Under the pieces are notes generated by a model, which saw nothing but the letters and a program-made list of their open reading frames with translations, searched no databases and was not told where the DNA came from. Both the position numbers and the translations under genes were made by a program. Positions 1 to 9,791 of a stretch of DNA of 64,000 nt are shown here, piece by piece. Origin of the DNA: an uncultured Planctomycetota bacterium (lineage in GTDB: Bacteria; Planctomycetota; Planctomycetia; Pirellulales; PNKZ01); assembly GCA_963708675.1 (NCBI GenBank), contig CAVPTO010000003.1, forward strand, positions 327,749 through 391,748. Direction: 5' to 3'. The number at the start of each line of letters is the position of its first letter. Position 1 is the stretch's first letter.

Positions 1-4
1 GCTT

Positions 5-334
5 CTACTTTCCCGGCAGCGTCTCGACGAACGCCATCGCTCGCTCGATCCAGCCGTCAAGCTGCCGGTCGTCCTCCAAACCATCGGGCTCGACCATAAT
101 CCAGCCCTTCATGCGTCGTCCGGTCGCGTCGAACTCCTTGACGTGCGGCTTCTTCAAGGCCGTCGCTGCTTGATCGGGCCCAAGTCGCGCGATCAGCGAC
201 GAATCCCAAACGCCCACAAGTATGTTGCCGTTGAGCATGAAGCCGACGCCACCGAACATTTTCTTCTCGACGATGCTTCGGTGGGCTCGTAGGTTATGGC
301 GAACTCGGTCGGCAAGTGATTGGCTATAGACCAT
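5..334 (-). CDS. TfoX/Sxy N-terminal family protein
   Basis: EKKMFGGVGFMLNGN motif and C-terminal 'MKGWIMV...W...A..FV.TLP' typical of TfoX_N proteins; start set at ATG 334 (MVYSQSLADRVR). Confidence 0.85.
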   Translation of the reverse strand: MVYSQSLADRVRHNLRAHRSIVEKKMFGGVGFMLNGNILVGVWDSSLIARLGPDQAATALKKPHVKEFDATGRRMKGWIMVEPDGLEDDRQLDGWIERAMAFVETLPGK

Positions 335-906
335 TGGCGAATCGACATTCCATTGCACCCAACTTTCCGGCGGCGAGTCGAGCACTTCCTTGCGTGGACC
401 GGCATATTAAGTCATTGCCCGCTATCGAAGTGCCCGCGTCCTATTCCTATGCGGCGACGGCGGGTTGGTTTACAGCCGGCGCAGTCGTCACCGCAATCTT
501 CTCCGGCTCGCTGGCCGCGTTAACCTCGAACGCTGGGATCACCGAAGTCCTGGTTGTGGGTATGGTCGTCCCGTGCTTCACATGGGTGGTTCAATTGTGT
601 GCGTCTGCAATTGCCCTGACGCCGACCCAGCGTCAGCTGTATTGGGGCGACCTCGGACGCATCTGCCTGCGGGGGTCGGTGGCGCTGCTGCCTGCCGCAA
701 TTGTGAACCTGAGTTTGCCCAACGCGCCGCAATGGGTGTCGGCAGCGAACGTGCTGGCCAGTGTGGCGATCATGGGGGCCGACCTCTTCCGTCGATCGGC
801 CCGACACGGGCTGGTTGTCGGTTGGCCCATCAGCTGGTGCCTGACGATCACCGTAAACATGCTGCTGTTCTTATGGTCAAGCCAACGATGGTGGCAGGCG
901 GAATGA
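316..906 (+). CDS. hypothetical integral membrane protein (~5 TM)
   Basis: Several hydrophobic stretches in a 196-aa ORF; true start uncertain and probably downstream of 316. Confidence 0.6.
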   Translation: MIGYRPLANRHSIAPNFPAASRALPCVDRHIKSLPAIEVPASYSYAATAGWFTAGAVVTAIFSGSLAALTSNAGITEVLVVGMVVPCFTWVVQLCASAIALTPTQRQLYWGDLGRICLRGSVALLPAAIVNLSLPNAPQWVSAANVLASVAIMGADLFRRSARHGLVVGWPISWCLTITVNMLLFLWSSQRWWQAE

Positions 907-1088
907 AAACTCGCTGCGATTAACCCGCCGTTATAGCCACTCGTCGCGAGACACCATCGATGGGTGTGGCACGTCGCTCATGTTCAAACTCCTCCCCACG
1001 CACGGTCAAAGGCTTGCAATCCATGACGAAATCAAGCCAAGATGATCGGTCACGTTCGTCGCCCATCTTCTCACGGAAACACTCGCTC

Positions 1089-2327
1089 ATGCAACGTCGG
1101 CAATTCCTAGCCCAAGCCGCGACCGCTGTCGGTCTGTCGCAAATCCCGTCGCTCGTGGGCGCCGCGGTGGCGAAGAAGCGGCCGCGCATTTTGTTGCGAG
1201 GCTCGTGGCAGACCGTCAATATCGGCGACATCGGGCACACGCCCGGCATGTTGCGATTGTTGTACGACTATCTGCCCGAGGCGGAGGTAACGTTGTGGCC
1301 AAGCAGCGTCGACCAAGGCGTGCACGACCTGCTGATGAAGCGGTTTCCGGAATTGAGAATCATTAAAGCCGACGATGCTACTCAAGCCATTGAGGACAAC
1401 GATTTCTTGCTGCACGGATCGGGCGCGTCGTTTGTCGCGCAGAAAGACGTGCAGCGATGGTGGAACCAAACGGGCAAGCCGTTCGGCGTCTACGGAATCA
1501 CGCTCAACGACCCGGCGCCAAACACGGTCGAGCTGCTGAGCATGGCGAAGTTCGTCTTCTTTCGCGATACCGTGTCACTCAAGATCGCCAAGGACAACGA
1601 CTGCAATTGTCCGATCATGGAGTTCGGTCCGGACTCGGCGTTCGGAGTCGATCTGCGAAACGACGCGGCGGCCGATGCATTTCTTCGCGAGACTCAGTTG
1701 GAGGATGGCAAGTTCCTGTGCGTGATTCCTCGACTGCGTTACACGCCCTACTGGCTCATTCCATCCAAGAAGCGAGCGTTCGACGAACCGAAGCACACGC
1801 GCAACGAAGAGATGAAGGAACACGACCATGCTCCGCTCCGCGATGCGATCGTTGCAGTCGCTCAGCAGACGCCGATGAAGGTGCTCATCTGCCCCGAAGA
1901 CGAAACGCAGATCAAAATCGGCAAGGAACTGCTCTACGACCAGCTTCCAGAGAACGTGCGGTCGAAGGTCGTGTGGCGTGACCGCTATTGGCTGACCGAC
2001 GAGGCGCTGAGCACGTATGTGCGATCGGCGGGCCTGTTCGGGCTCGAGATGCACTCGCCGATCATGTGCATCGGCAATGGCGTCCCCGCGCTCGTCGGGC
2101 GATTTGCCGAGCAAACAACGAAGGGTCTCATGTGGCGCGACATCGGCCTGGGCGATTGGCTATTCGACATGGACGACACCAACGACGTCGCTCGACTGAC
2201 GCCGACGGTGCTGTCGCTGGCGAACGATCCTGAGGGAGCGAAAGCGAAAGCCGCGAAGGCGTTCGCATTCGTGCAAGAGCGACAGCGCGCGACAATGGAA
2301 GTGCTCACGCGAAGCCTGGGCGGATAG
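1089..2327 (+). CDS. polysaccharide pyruvyl transferase family protein with Tat signal
   Basis: MQRRQFL twin-arginine signal; NIGD, FFRD, GPDSAF and EMHSPIM motifs of the PS_pyruv_trans-like family. Confidence 0.8.
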   Translation: MQRRQFLAQAATAVGLSQIPSLVGAAVAKKRPRILLRGSWQTVNIGDIGHTPGMLRLLYDYLPEAEVTLWPSSVDQGVHDLLMKRFPELRIIKADDATQAIEDNDFLLHGSGASFVAQKDVQRWWNQTGKPFGVYGITLNDPAPNTVELLSMAKFVFFRDTVSLKIAKDNDCNCPIMEFGPDSAFGVDLRNDAAADAFLRETQLEDGKFLCVIPRLRYTPYWLIPSKKRAFDEPKHTRNEEMKEHDHAPLRDAIVAVAQQTPMKVLICPEDETQIKIGKELLYDQLPENVRSKVVWRDRYWLTDEALSTYVRSAGLFGLEMHSPIMCIGNGVPALVGRFAEQTTKGLMWRDIGLGDWLFDMDDTNDVARLTPTVLSLANDPEGAKAKAAKAFAFVQERQRATMEVLTRSLGG

Positions 2328-2339
2328 CGCGTCCATCGA

Positions 2340-3134
2340 TCACTGAACCTGACCGGACGACGCGCCTTCGGGAATTGCAGTCACCTCTTCTGGCAGCGGA
2401 ACGAGGCGATACTCGAAGCCTTTCTCGACCATCAGCGTTCGCAACGCCGCAAAAGTGTCAAACGAGTCGTCCCAAAGGAAGACGGCGAGGTATTCCTTCG
2501 CGGGGTCGAAGCCTGCCAGCGCCGCCGCGATTTGATCCTTCGGCACGCTGTCCGCAGTCAACGCAATGCCCGCTCCTGGTCGCGGACCGACGCTGCGCTG
2601 CCCCGAGCTACTCCGCTGTTGAATGATATCGGCGTCGTTCACGCTCCGCGCTGCATCTGATTTGACGAGCACTGTCAGGCGGTGAGCTTTCAAAAAGATC
2701 GGCACCTCCGTTTTCGTCGTCGCATGGAGCATTGGCAATCGAGTCTCGCGAGTGCGGGCCGCAGCCTCGTTGCTTAGTCGCGTTTCGAGCGACGAAAGCT
2801 GTTCTCGCAATCGAAGCGGCTCCGTTGCTTCGGCGAGTTGCTTCTTAAGTTGCGCAATATCGCCGGCCGGCGCCGATGAAGTCGTACGGTCGAGCGAAGC
2901 AATGAGCTGATCCTGTCGAGCGATTGCACGTCGGGCCGCGGCGATCTCTTCGGCCAGAGCGTCGCTCGCAGAGGACGGAGTGGTCTTCGCGACACTCTGA
3001 TGCGCCGACCCGCTAAACTGAAGCAGCACCGCAACCAGAATCGCAAGAAAGATGATTCCACCAAACGTATTGCAGATGGTGTCGAGCAACAGGTCGAGGC
3101 TGCCGAGTTCGGTCGTTGCGCGACGTCGTCTCAT
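2340..3134 (-). CDS. ExbD/TolR-like single-pass protein (TM Asp, coiled coil, C-terminal alpha/beta domain)
   Basis: Basic N-terminus MRRRR, then TM 'SLDLLLDTICNTFGGIIFLAILV' with an Asp at the ExbD position; ATGA overlap with the upstream gene. Confidence 0.65.
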   Translation of the reverse strand: MRRRRATTELGSLDLLLDTICNTFGGIIFLAILVAVLLQFSGSAHQSVAKTTPSSASDALAEEIAAARRAIARQDQLIASLDRTTSSAPAGDIAQLKKQLAEATEPLRLREQLSSLETRLSNEAAARTRETRLPMLHATTKTEVPIFLKAHRLTVLVKSDAARSVNDADIIQQRSSSGQRSVGPRPGAGIALTADSVPKDQIAAALAGFDPAKEYLAVFLWDDSFDTFAALRTLMVEKGFEYRLVPLPEEVTAIPEGASSGQVQ

Positions 3135-3862
3135 GTTCCGGCTGCTCCCACGATCGGATCGATTGCCGTCTGCTCAGACATGAGCACGTCGAAGCCCAGG
3201 TCAAAACGATCGGTCTTCAATGCGTCGCGAACATTGCCGTACGATTTGATGCCCGACGGCTTGATGAGCAGCACGAAGTATTCGCTCGCGCGATCGCGAG
3301 TTCGCAACCATTTGCGAAACGTGTCGAGCCATTGTGGTCCATCGAAAGTTAGCGGAGCGGCTACTTCGCCGACTTTCGCGATGAGTAGACGGTGATCGCT
3401 GACTTCGGCGAGCCAAGCCTGCTTCGCGGCGCCAGCGGCCGGGTTATACACCACGCGGTTGATTTGCTTCATGCGCTCGAGCGATTCTGAAAGCTCGGTC
3501 ACGCGCTGACGCAACTGTTCAATCTGAGCCGCTGTCATGGCGGGTTCGCTGGTCGCTCGAGCGATGGCTCGGCGAAGATCACCGGCCTCGGTGTGGTCGA
3601 CGCTAGTCGTCGACGAAAGCTGCTGCAACCGCTTGGCGCCTTCTTGTTCGCGACGCCGCAACTCGTCGAGTTCCTGCTGCGATGCCGACGAGTCGTTGCG
3701 TGCCGGTTCCGGGACCGCGGCGCTCGCGGCTTGCTTCGGTCGACGTATCAGCTCTACCGCCATCAGCAACGTCACCAGAATCATGATTCCGGTAACCGAT
3801 GTGATGATGTCCTGAAACGAGAATAGCGAGATCGGTGGACCGCTCGCACGCCGACGTCCCAC
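3131..3862 (-). CDS. second ExbD/TolR-like single-pass protein
   Basis: MGRRR, then 'SLFSFQDIITSVTGIMILVTLLMAV' TM with Asp, coiled coil, and C-terminal 'YFVLLIKPSG' domain paralleling the neighbour's 'YLAVFLWDDS'. Confidence 0.65.
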   Translation of the reverse strand: MGRRRASGPPISLFSFQDIITSVTGIMILVTLLMAVELIRRPKQAASAAVPEPARNDSSASQQELDELRRREQEGAKRLQQLSSTTSVDHTEAGDLRRAIARATSEPAMTAAQIEQLRQRVTELSESLERMKQINRVVYNPAAGAAKQAWLAEVSDHRLLIAKVGEVAAPLTFDGPQWLDTFRKWLRTRDRASEYFVLLIKPSGIKSYGNVRDALKTDRFDLGFDVLMSEQTAIDPIVGAAGT

Positions 3863-3880
3863 GGCAAGGCCTCAAATCTT

Positions 3881-5137
3881 TTATTGCGATACGTACCGGT
3901 AGGTGCCGCCGCTTTGCTCGCTGATTTTCTTCAGCAGCGGTTCACCAACATTATTGAGAAACGCGATCGTATGAATGGGAATGCGCCAACTGTTTGCCGC
4001 GACGAGCATGTCGGTGACTGCGGGATTGAAATCGCCATCTGTGAGCAAATAGATGGCATCAGGACGTCGGGCCAACGCGAACTTGAGCGCGTCGGTCGGA
4101 TCGGTTTCACCTTCCGCGACGCTGCGACGTATCCAGCGCTCGATTCGTTTGCGGCTATCGTTGCTGACCGTGAGCATGCGCTGCTCGGCCGTGGGAAAGA
4201 ATTGCGGATACGCACGATCGTTAAAGAAGACGACGTAGAACTTCTGTCCTTGTTTCAATTCTCCAATCGAACGAATCAGCTCGTCGCGCGCCCGTGTAAA
4301 CGGCTCGCCCTGCATACTGCGCGAGCAATCGACGACGTAGGCGACATTCGTGGCCGGCGCTGTAATGCCGAAAAAATCGGAGCTTCCTTGAACGCCCTTG
4401 GCGCCGCCGGTCGCCGAGCCGCCGTCCGACTGGTCATCGGAAGCAGATGTCGTCGAGTCTGGCTTGTCGCTTGGAGGAGCCGGTGTCGCGGCTGCCGACA
4501 GATTGACCGTTTCTCCGTTGAACGTGACGTGCGTGCCCCCGGAAGAGTCGCCTGCTTTGGTGGATGGCGGCGGTGCACCGCCTGAAGGTGCGGCAGCGCT
4601 TGGAGCATCGGCAGATTTCTTCGCCCCTGTCTTTACGTCTGTCGGCGCGGCGCGATCGATTGGCGCGTCGTGCTTGCGAACATTCTCGAGAGGTTTCGAC
4701 ACACGCGGCGCGGCGATTGGATCGTTCGGCGTGGGTGCGGCGATTTCGCCGATGGATGCCGTCTCGCGAGCACCGGGCAACAAAACGAACAACATGACGA
4801 GCGTTATAACGCTCACGATTGCAGCGGCCACGATGGCAGGCCGCTTGTCGAACGCCGGCGGCGAAGCGGGGACAGGCTCGAGAAGTCCGGTGAGCAAATC
4901 AGTCGGAGGAGTATCGTCCGGCGTTTGAACCGGTGCCGGACGCTGAACACGCGGCGCCAACGTTGCCCGCGGCACGAGTCCCATCGCCACGTCCGCCCGT
5001 TGCCAGGCGTCCTGCGGCCCTCGACGCACCTGGCTGCCGCGATCGATGCGGCCGGCAGTCACCAGGTACTTCAGTTCGGCCGACGACATCGGTCCGATAA
5101 TGCCTAGGCTCGATTGGTAGAACCACTCGTCAGCCAT
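3881..5137 (-). CDS. GYF_2 (DUF4339) - TM - Pro/Ser/Ala linker - vWA domain protein
   Basis: N-terminal WFY..GP.S..EL..L...G.I...V.....W GYF_2 pattern; TM 'AIVAAAIVSVITLVMLFVLL'; vWA MIDAS DCSRS...T...LLTDG and IHTIAF. Confidence 0.85.
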   Translation of the reverse strand: MADEWFYQSSLGIIGPMSSAELKYLVTAGRIDRGSQVRRGPQDAWQRADVAMGLVPRATLAPRVQRPAPVQTPDDTPPTDLLTGLLEPVPASPPAFDKRPAIVAAAIVSVITLVMLFVLLPGARETASIGEIAAPTPNDPIAAPRVSKPLENVRKHDAPIDRAAPTDVKTGAKKSADAPSAAAPSGGAPPPSTKAGDSSGGTHVTFNGETVNLSAAATPAPPSDKPDSTTSASDDQSDGGSATGGAKGVQGSSDFFGITAPATNVAYVVDCSRSMQGEPFTRARDELIRSIGELKQGQKFYVVFFNDRAYPQFFPTAEQRMLTVSNDSRKRIERWIRRSVAEGETDPTDALKFALARRPDAIYLLTDGDFNPAVTDMLVAANSWRIPIHTIAFLNNVGEPLLKKISEQSGGTYRYVSQ

Positions 5138-6032
5138 CGGTCGACGCCTCGAACGGCATGATCCGCAGGCGGCTTACGACGTTGCGCAGACAGTAGTCTG
5201 AGCAGTCTTCGAGAAACTCTTGCTCGCGAGTCTTGATGTACGTCAGCCAAAGCTGGATGAACAGCGCCCCGACGAGAGCCGCCAGTGTCGTCTCGAACGC
5301 CGTGCTTAGCCCTCCTGTCACGCCACGCAACGCATCGGTGATCTGACTCAGATCTTCGAGGTTGCCAAGCACGCCGCTAAACGCAGCAATCGCCTCGGAA
5401 AGTCCGAGCACCGTTCCAATGAAGCCAAGGACGGGAATGCCCCAAATGAAGCCGCCAATGAGCGCGTAGCTCGTTTCGAGCGAATCTTCGTCCTGGTTCG
5501 CAAGCGACTGAAGGATTTCGTCCACGTCAGTCACACGCCCCAGATTGCGCAGGTTCGACAACGCGACGGCGATGCGATTGAAAAGCACGAACTGCTTCGG
5601 ATCGTCGACAATGGTGTAAATGCGCTGCATCACTTCGTCGACGGTCGCCGACGAGAGAACGAAGTCGGGTGATGATGGGACGACTTCGTACTTGAGGGCT
5701 TTGCGCTGCAGCGCGAGTTTCCGCCATTTAAACCACAGAATCGCGGCGGACCAGAACGTGAGAAAGACGGTCGGATATTGCGTGGGCCCGCGCTTGGTGA
5801 ACATGTCGCCAAAGTAGGTGCCTTGCAGCGGGATGATAGCGCAGTAAAAAGCGACGCTCAGTATCGTCGCGATCAGGAAGGTGAGCAGATTGCCAGGCCG
5901 CGTGAACCGGCCTCCGCTGAACCCGATACGCTGCTCGGGATCTTGTCGCGCCCAAGAAAGCGACGGCAACCCGTCGTGCTCAGTACCCAACGGAGCGTCC
6001 ATCACGGCGGCGGTCTTGTGCAAAGTGGCCAT
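5130..6032 (-). CDS. MotA/TolQ/ExbB proton channel family protein
   Basis: 'IPVLGFIGTVLGL' and 'GLSTAFETTL.AL' conserved channel helices; two N-terminal TMs. Confidence 0.9.
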   Translation of the reverse strand: MATLHKTAAVMDAPLGTEHDGLPSLSWARQDPEQRIGFSGGRFTRPGNLLTFLIATILSVAFYCAIIPLQGTYFGDMFTKRGPTQYPTVFLTFWSAAILWFKWRKLALQRKALKYEVVPSSPDFVLSSATVDEVMQRIYTIVDDPKQFVLFNRIAVALSNLRNLGRVTDVDEILQSLANQDEDSLETSYALIGGFIWGIPVLGFIGTVLGLSEAIAAFSGVLGNLEDLSQITDALRGVTGGLSTAFETTLAALVGALFIQLWLTYIKTREQEFLEDCSDYCLRNVVSRLRIMPFEASTDG

Positions 6033-6104
6033 GATTCGATTCTAGACGCGGGTCAAGTTTCGCCGCTACTGCCATTGCACGTCGGAAACCGGTTCAATGA
6101 TGCG

Positions 6105-6773
6105 TTAGGACACCAGATCGGGACGAAGCCATACGATCAGCGCCGCTGCGGCAGCTGCGACGGATATCGCGATGAGCACCGCCAGGATGATCCAACTCCA
6201 AGGTATCGACGATTCCCGGGGGGCGTGGGGCACTCCCGCTAAAGGCTCGGAGACGCTTAACAGCGCGTTCTCCGTGGGGTCGCCGTCGTCGGAAAGCGTT
6301 ATTGTCGGTTGAAGCGGCGCCGATTTCGGCGCAGCCTGCACGGCCAATGTCGGGTCAGCATTCGAGCGATCGCCGGGCTCGGGGAACAGACTCGGAACCG
6401 TCGAGGCGCGGACCCACGAGATGCCGTCGATCGAGATCTCGTGCAAGCGGCTGAACTGTCCTTTGCGTGCCAGTGACCGCAAGTATTCCTCCGTGTAGGG
6501 GCCGACGGTGTGGCCACGAACTCGAAGAAAGTATTCGCCGCCCGTCGCCGATGGCGGAGCAGGTTCGTCGAAGAAGTCTCGGCTCTCGTCCCTTCGCGGC
6601 CCTTCGCTGGCGAAGAGTTCACGAACCGTCCCGGCTCGCTTCCACTCGACGCCGTCGAGCGAGACTTCGTGCAATCGGCTGAGCTGCCCGCGGCTGGCGA
6701 GCTGTTGCAACTGCTCAGTCGTATAAGGGCCTTGCGTTTTGCCGCGCACCCGCACGTACATGCGTTGATCCAA
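6105..6773 (-). CDS. tandem GYF_2 (DUF4339) domain protein with C-terminal membrane anchor
   Basis: Two near-identical repeats 'Y.RVRG.T.GPYT.E.L..LA..GQ.SRLHE.S.DG..W.RA..V..LF'; C-terminal TM; TTG start at 6773 with GGAG upstream. Confidence 0.8.
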   Translation of the reverse strand: MDQRMYVRVRGKTQGPYTTEQLQQLASRGQLSRLHEVSLDGVEWKRAGTVRELFASEGPRRDESRDFFDEPAPPSATGGEYFLRVRGHTVGPYTEEYLRSLARKGQFSRLHEISIDGISWVRASTVPSLFPEPGDRSNADPTLAVQAAPKSAPLQPTITLSDDGDPTENALLSVSEPLAGVPHAPRESSIPWSWIILAVLIAISVAAAAAALIVWLRPDLVS

Positions 6774-6813
6774 CGGTCGTTTACTCCAAGACGTCCGACA
6801 GTCGGTAAAGTTG

Positions 6814-9784
6814 CTATTGTCTGTTCGCAGCGACGCTGACAAACACGGGGCGTCCCTCGACCAGCGCCTCACCATCGTCTGATGAAACTGTCGCGACACC
6901 GTCCTGAAGTTTGCCGATCGTTTTGAGTTGGGCAGTACCGGCGCCATCCGCACGCACGACCACTAACGGCCCAGCACTCGACGAAAGATTTCCCATGAGG
7001 ACGCACGTCCAACGCTCGTCACCTTGCACGGAGTCGTCGTGCTTCAGCCAGCCGATCCGTTCGTACAAAGGACCGATCGGCTCGTTCAATTCCGTCCACT
7101 GTGAACGAACGTCATTGTGAATCTCTTTTCCAGTCGGAAGGCGCTTCAGTAGATCTCTGGCTTTCGAACGCTCGGACCGCGCTTCGGCGTCTTCGGGATT
7201 AAGCCAATTCACGGTCAGCGTTAGATGCGCACGCATCATCAATTCTCGCGTTCGCGCAAACGCTTTCTGAAGCACCACGCTCGTCGCACTGCCAACATCG
7301 GTAAACCGGTCGAGCAGCGCTAGCCTCAGAATAGGGTCGAGCGAAGCGTCGTCTCGTACGCGCTCGGTCATCGTGCTCAAAGTTTCGTCCCAGCCCAGCG
7401 ACTTGAGCTTCGTATCAAGAACGTCGAGCAACTGTTTCGCAAGCTCCGACTGCGGTGCAGGCTCGTCGTAGGGGGATGTCGAATGAGACAACTCCTCAGG
7501 GCGCACGGACCTGGTCTTGAGCTTCATGTCGAAATCGCTGACATACTTGATGACGATTTTGCCTGTCGCCTGATCCAGCTTCGGATTCTCGCGCACAAAA
7601 TATTGTTTCGTCGCTTCCGGGTCGCGCACATCGACAACGCGCAGATCGGCGATGGTCGGCTCACGGAGCAAATCGAACAGCTGTTTAACGATCTGCGATT
7701 GCTTCGCTCCGCGCGCGGCAACCGACTCTAAGACCGGCATCTTCTCGCGAATCTTTGCGACTGCGGGGAGCGTGGTTGACGCAGGATCCTTGGCCACCTG
7801 TTGCGAATCATTCAACAACGTCTTCGCCTCGTCCGCGCTGAGAGCGTCGATCTTCGTTGCATTCCAGCGACGCACGAGAGCGTTTACCCGTTCGAGTTGC
7901 TTCCACAGCGGCGCCTCTTGCGATACGCGTTTGAAGTCAACGGCGCGGGCTGTCTGGCCAAAGCGGTCGGCGTAGGCGGCAAGTGCCGTCGTGAAGGAGT
8001 CCGGATTGCCGACGGCGGCCGTTACTTGACGCAGCATCCGATCTTGTTCGTGGCGCTGGGTGACGTTACGTGAGAGTGCCTCGGCTCGCGCCTTGAGCGG
8101 CGCGAGCGCGGCCGAGGAATGCGCACTCACAAGCCCCGATTGTGCCGACAAGTCGACGACGTCGCGCGTCAGCGCGAGCACCTGATCGTTGCTAGCCGTC
8201 GCATGCCTGGCGGCTTCTTCCAACTTTACGAGACGATCGGTGAGCGCTTGCACGCGCTCGTCGAATTGCTCATCAACGCGTCCCTGTTCCCTACGTTGTG
8301 CGGCGGCGATTCGGTTGTGCAGGTCGGAAACGCGTTCCTTTTCGTCAGCCGTTTTCGCCAGGCGTGTCGTTTCATCGCGTAGGTGACGATCCGCCTGGCT
8401 CAATCCGCTTAGTTGTGGCTTGTCAAAACGTGCGAGCTTCTCGGCGACATCGAGCGAAGCTTCGAACGACCGATGGCGTTTCGTCTCCTCATCGATCATC
8501 AACGCAAGTCGCGCGGCAACGGTCTCGACCGATGCACTGGCTGCGATCTCAGGTTCGGTGGCGCGAAGCTTGTCGAGAAAGTCGGAGGCCCCTGCCGTAT
8601 TGTCATCGTGCATCAGTCGCTCGATTGCCGCCACCTGACGCGCGACCTCGTTTCGCCACATGACTTCGCGGACGCCGATCGCCGTCAGCGCCTCCAGCCA
8701 CGAGGACGCCGACGGCGATGCCCACTACCATCAATCGTCGACGGCGCATGGCAGATAACGTCAGCGACGACATGCGATCGCGAACGCGCCGTTCGAGCAC
8801 CGGCGACAGCGGCATGTCGTAACGCAGACAGTCATGCACCAGACGTTCGAGAGCCAGCAGCGAGACGTCCGAATCGAGTGATTGCTCCAGTTTCGCCACG
8901 GCTGCCGAGAAAGCGACCTGCCGTTGTTCGCTGGCATCTTGCGAGTCGAGCCATGCAATCGTCGGCGAGACGGCCTCGACTAAGGGATCGTGATCGTCCA
9001 CGCCGGCGATCATCACGCACGCCTGCCATCGCCCCCGCAAGCTCCGTCCACGCTCGACGTCGAACTCCGAGTGCGCAGCGGTCAACTCGACCTCGAGACG
9101 CTTCAGCTCGGTGCGTGCGGCGTCTTGTCGTAGCCGTCCATGCGATTGACGTATCCGTTCGACGACCGACAGGACGGGCGGCTCAAGCCATCCCGGCGCG
9201 GTCACTTCGTCTTCGAGCGCTTCGACGGTCGTCACGTCCGAGTCGCGCACGGCGACCGCAAGCTCCTGTCCAATCGCCTGGACTCGGGTGCGTTCGTAAA
9301 TCCTCAGGTCTTCGGGCCATACCGGATTCGCCGGGTCGGCCTTGGCAATGCGTCGCAACGTGGCGATACGCTCCGACAGCGGCGCCCGAGCGAGCGCCAA
9401 TCGGCGATGCTGCTTCAGGAGGCTGTCGAGCGACAGGTTGGCGGCATATGCCTCGTTCAACTCGCTGGCGATGTCGATCAACAACTCCGGTGGTGGAAGC
9501 TCGCTATTCTCCTTGAGCAACGTCGCCCACTCGCGACGTTCGGGAAAGTCGAGCGTCGTGACGAGATCGAGCAGGTTGGGCTCGGTGTCGCAAAGCTGGA
9601 TCGCCTCGCTGCGTAGTCCTTGTCGCAACAACTTGGCGCATTGCCGCAACCGTGCATTGGCGTCGTTGCACAGTTGCATATAGTCGCCCGCCAGCGACGC
9701 CAACTCGTCCGGCATCGGTATGTGCTGCGAATGCAGCAGCGTCTTGATTTCGTCGATCAGCGCGTGTTCGTCGATTGCGGGCAT
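6814..9784 (-). CDS. large (~990 aa) helical/coiled-coil single-pass membrane protein; split by one frameshift near 8690
   Basis: ORFs 8603..9853 and 6814..8661 join in the middle of a TM helix (RRRRLMVVGIAVGVLVAGG/ALTAIGVREVMWRNE); ATG 9784 lies 7 bp after the upstream stop. Confidence 0.75.
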
Positions 9785-9791
9785 GACAATG

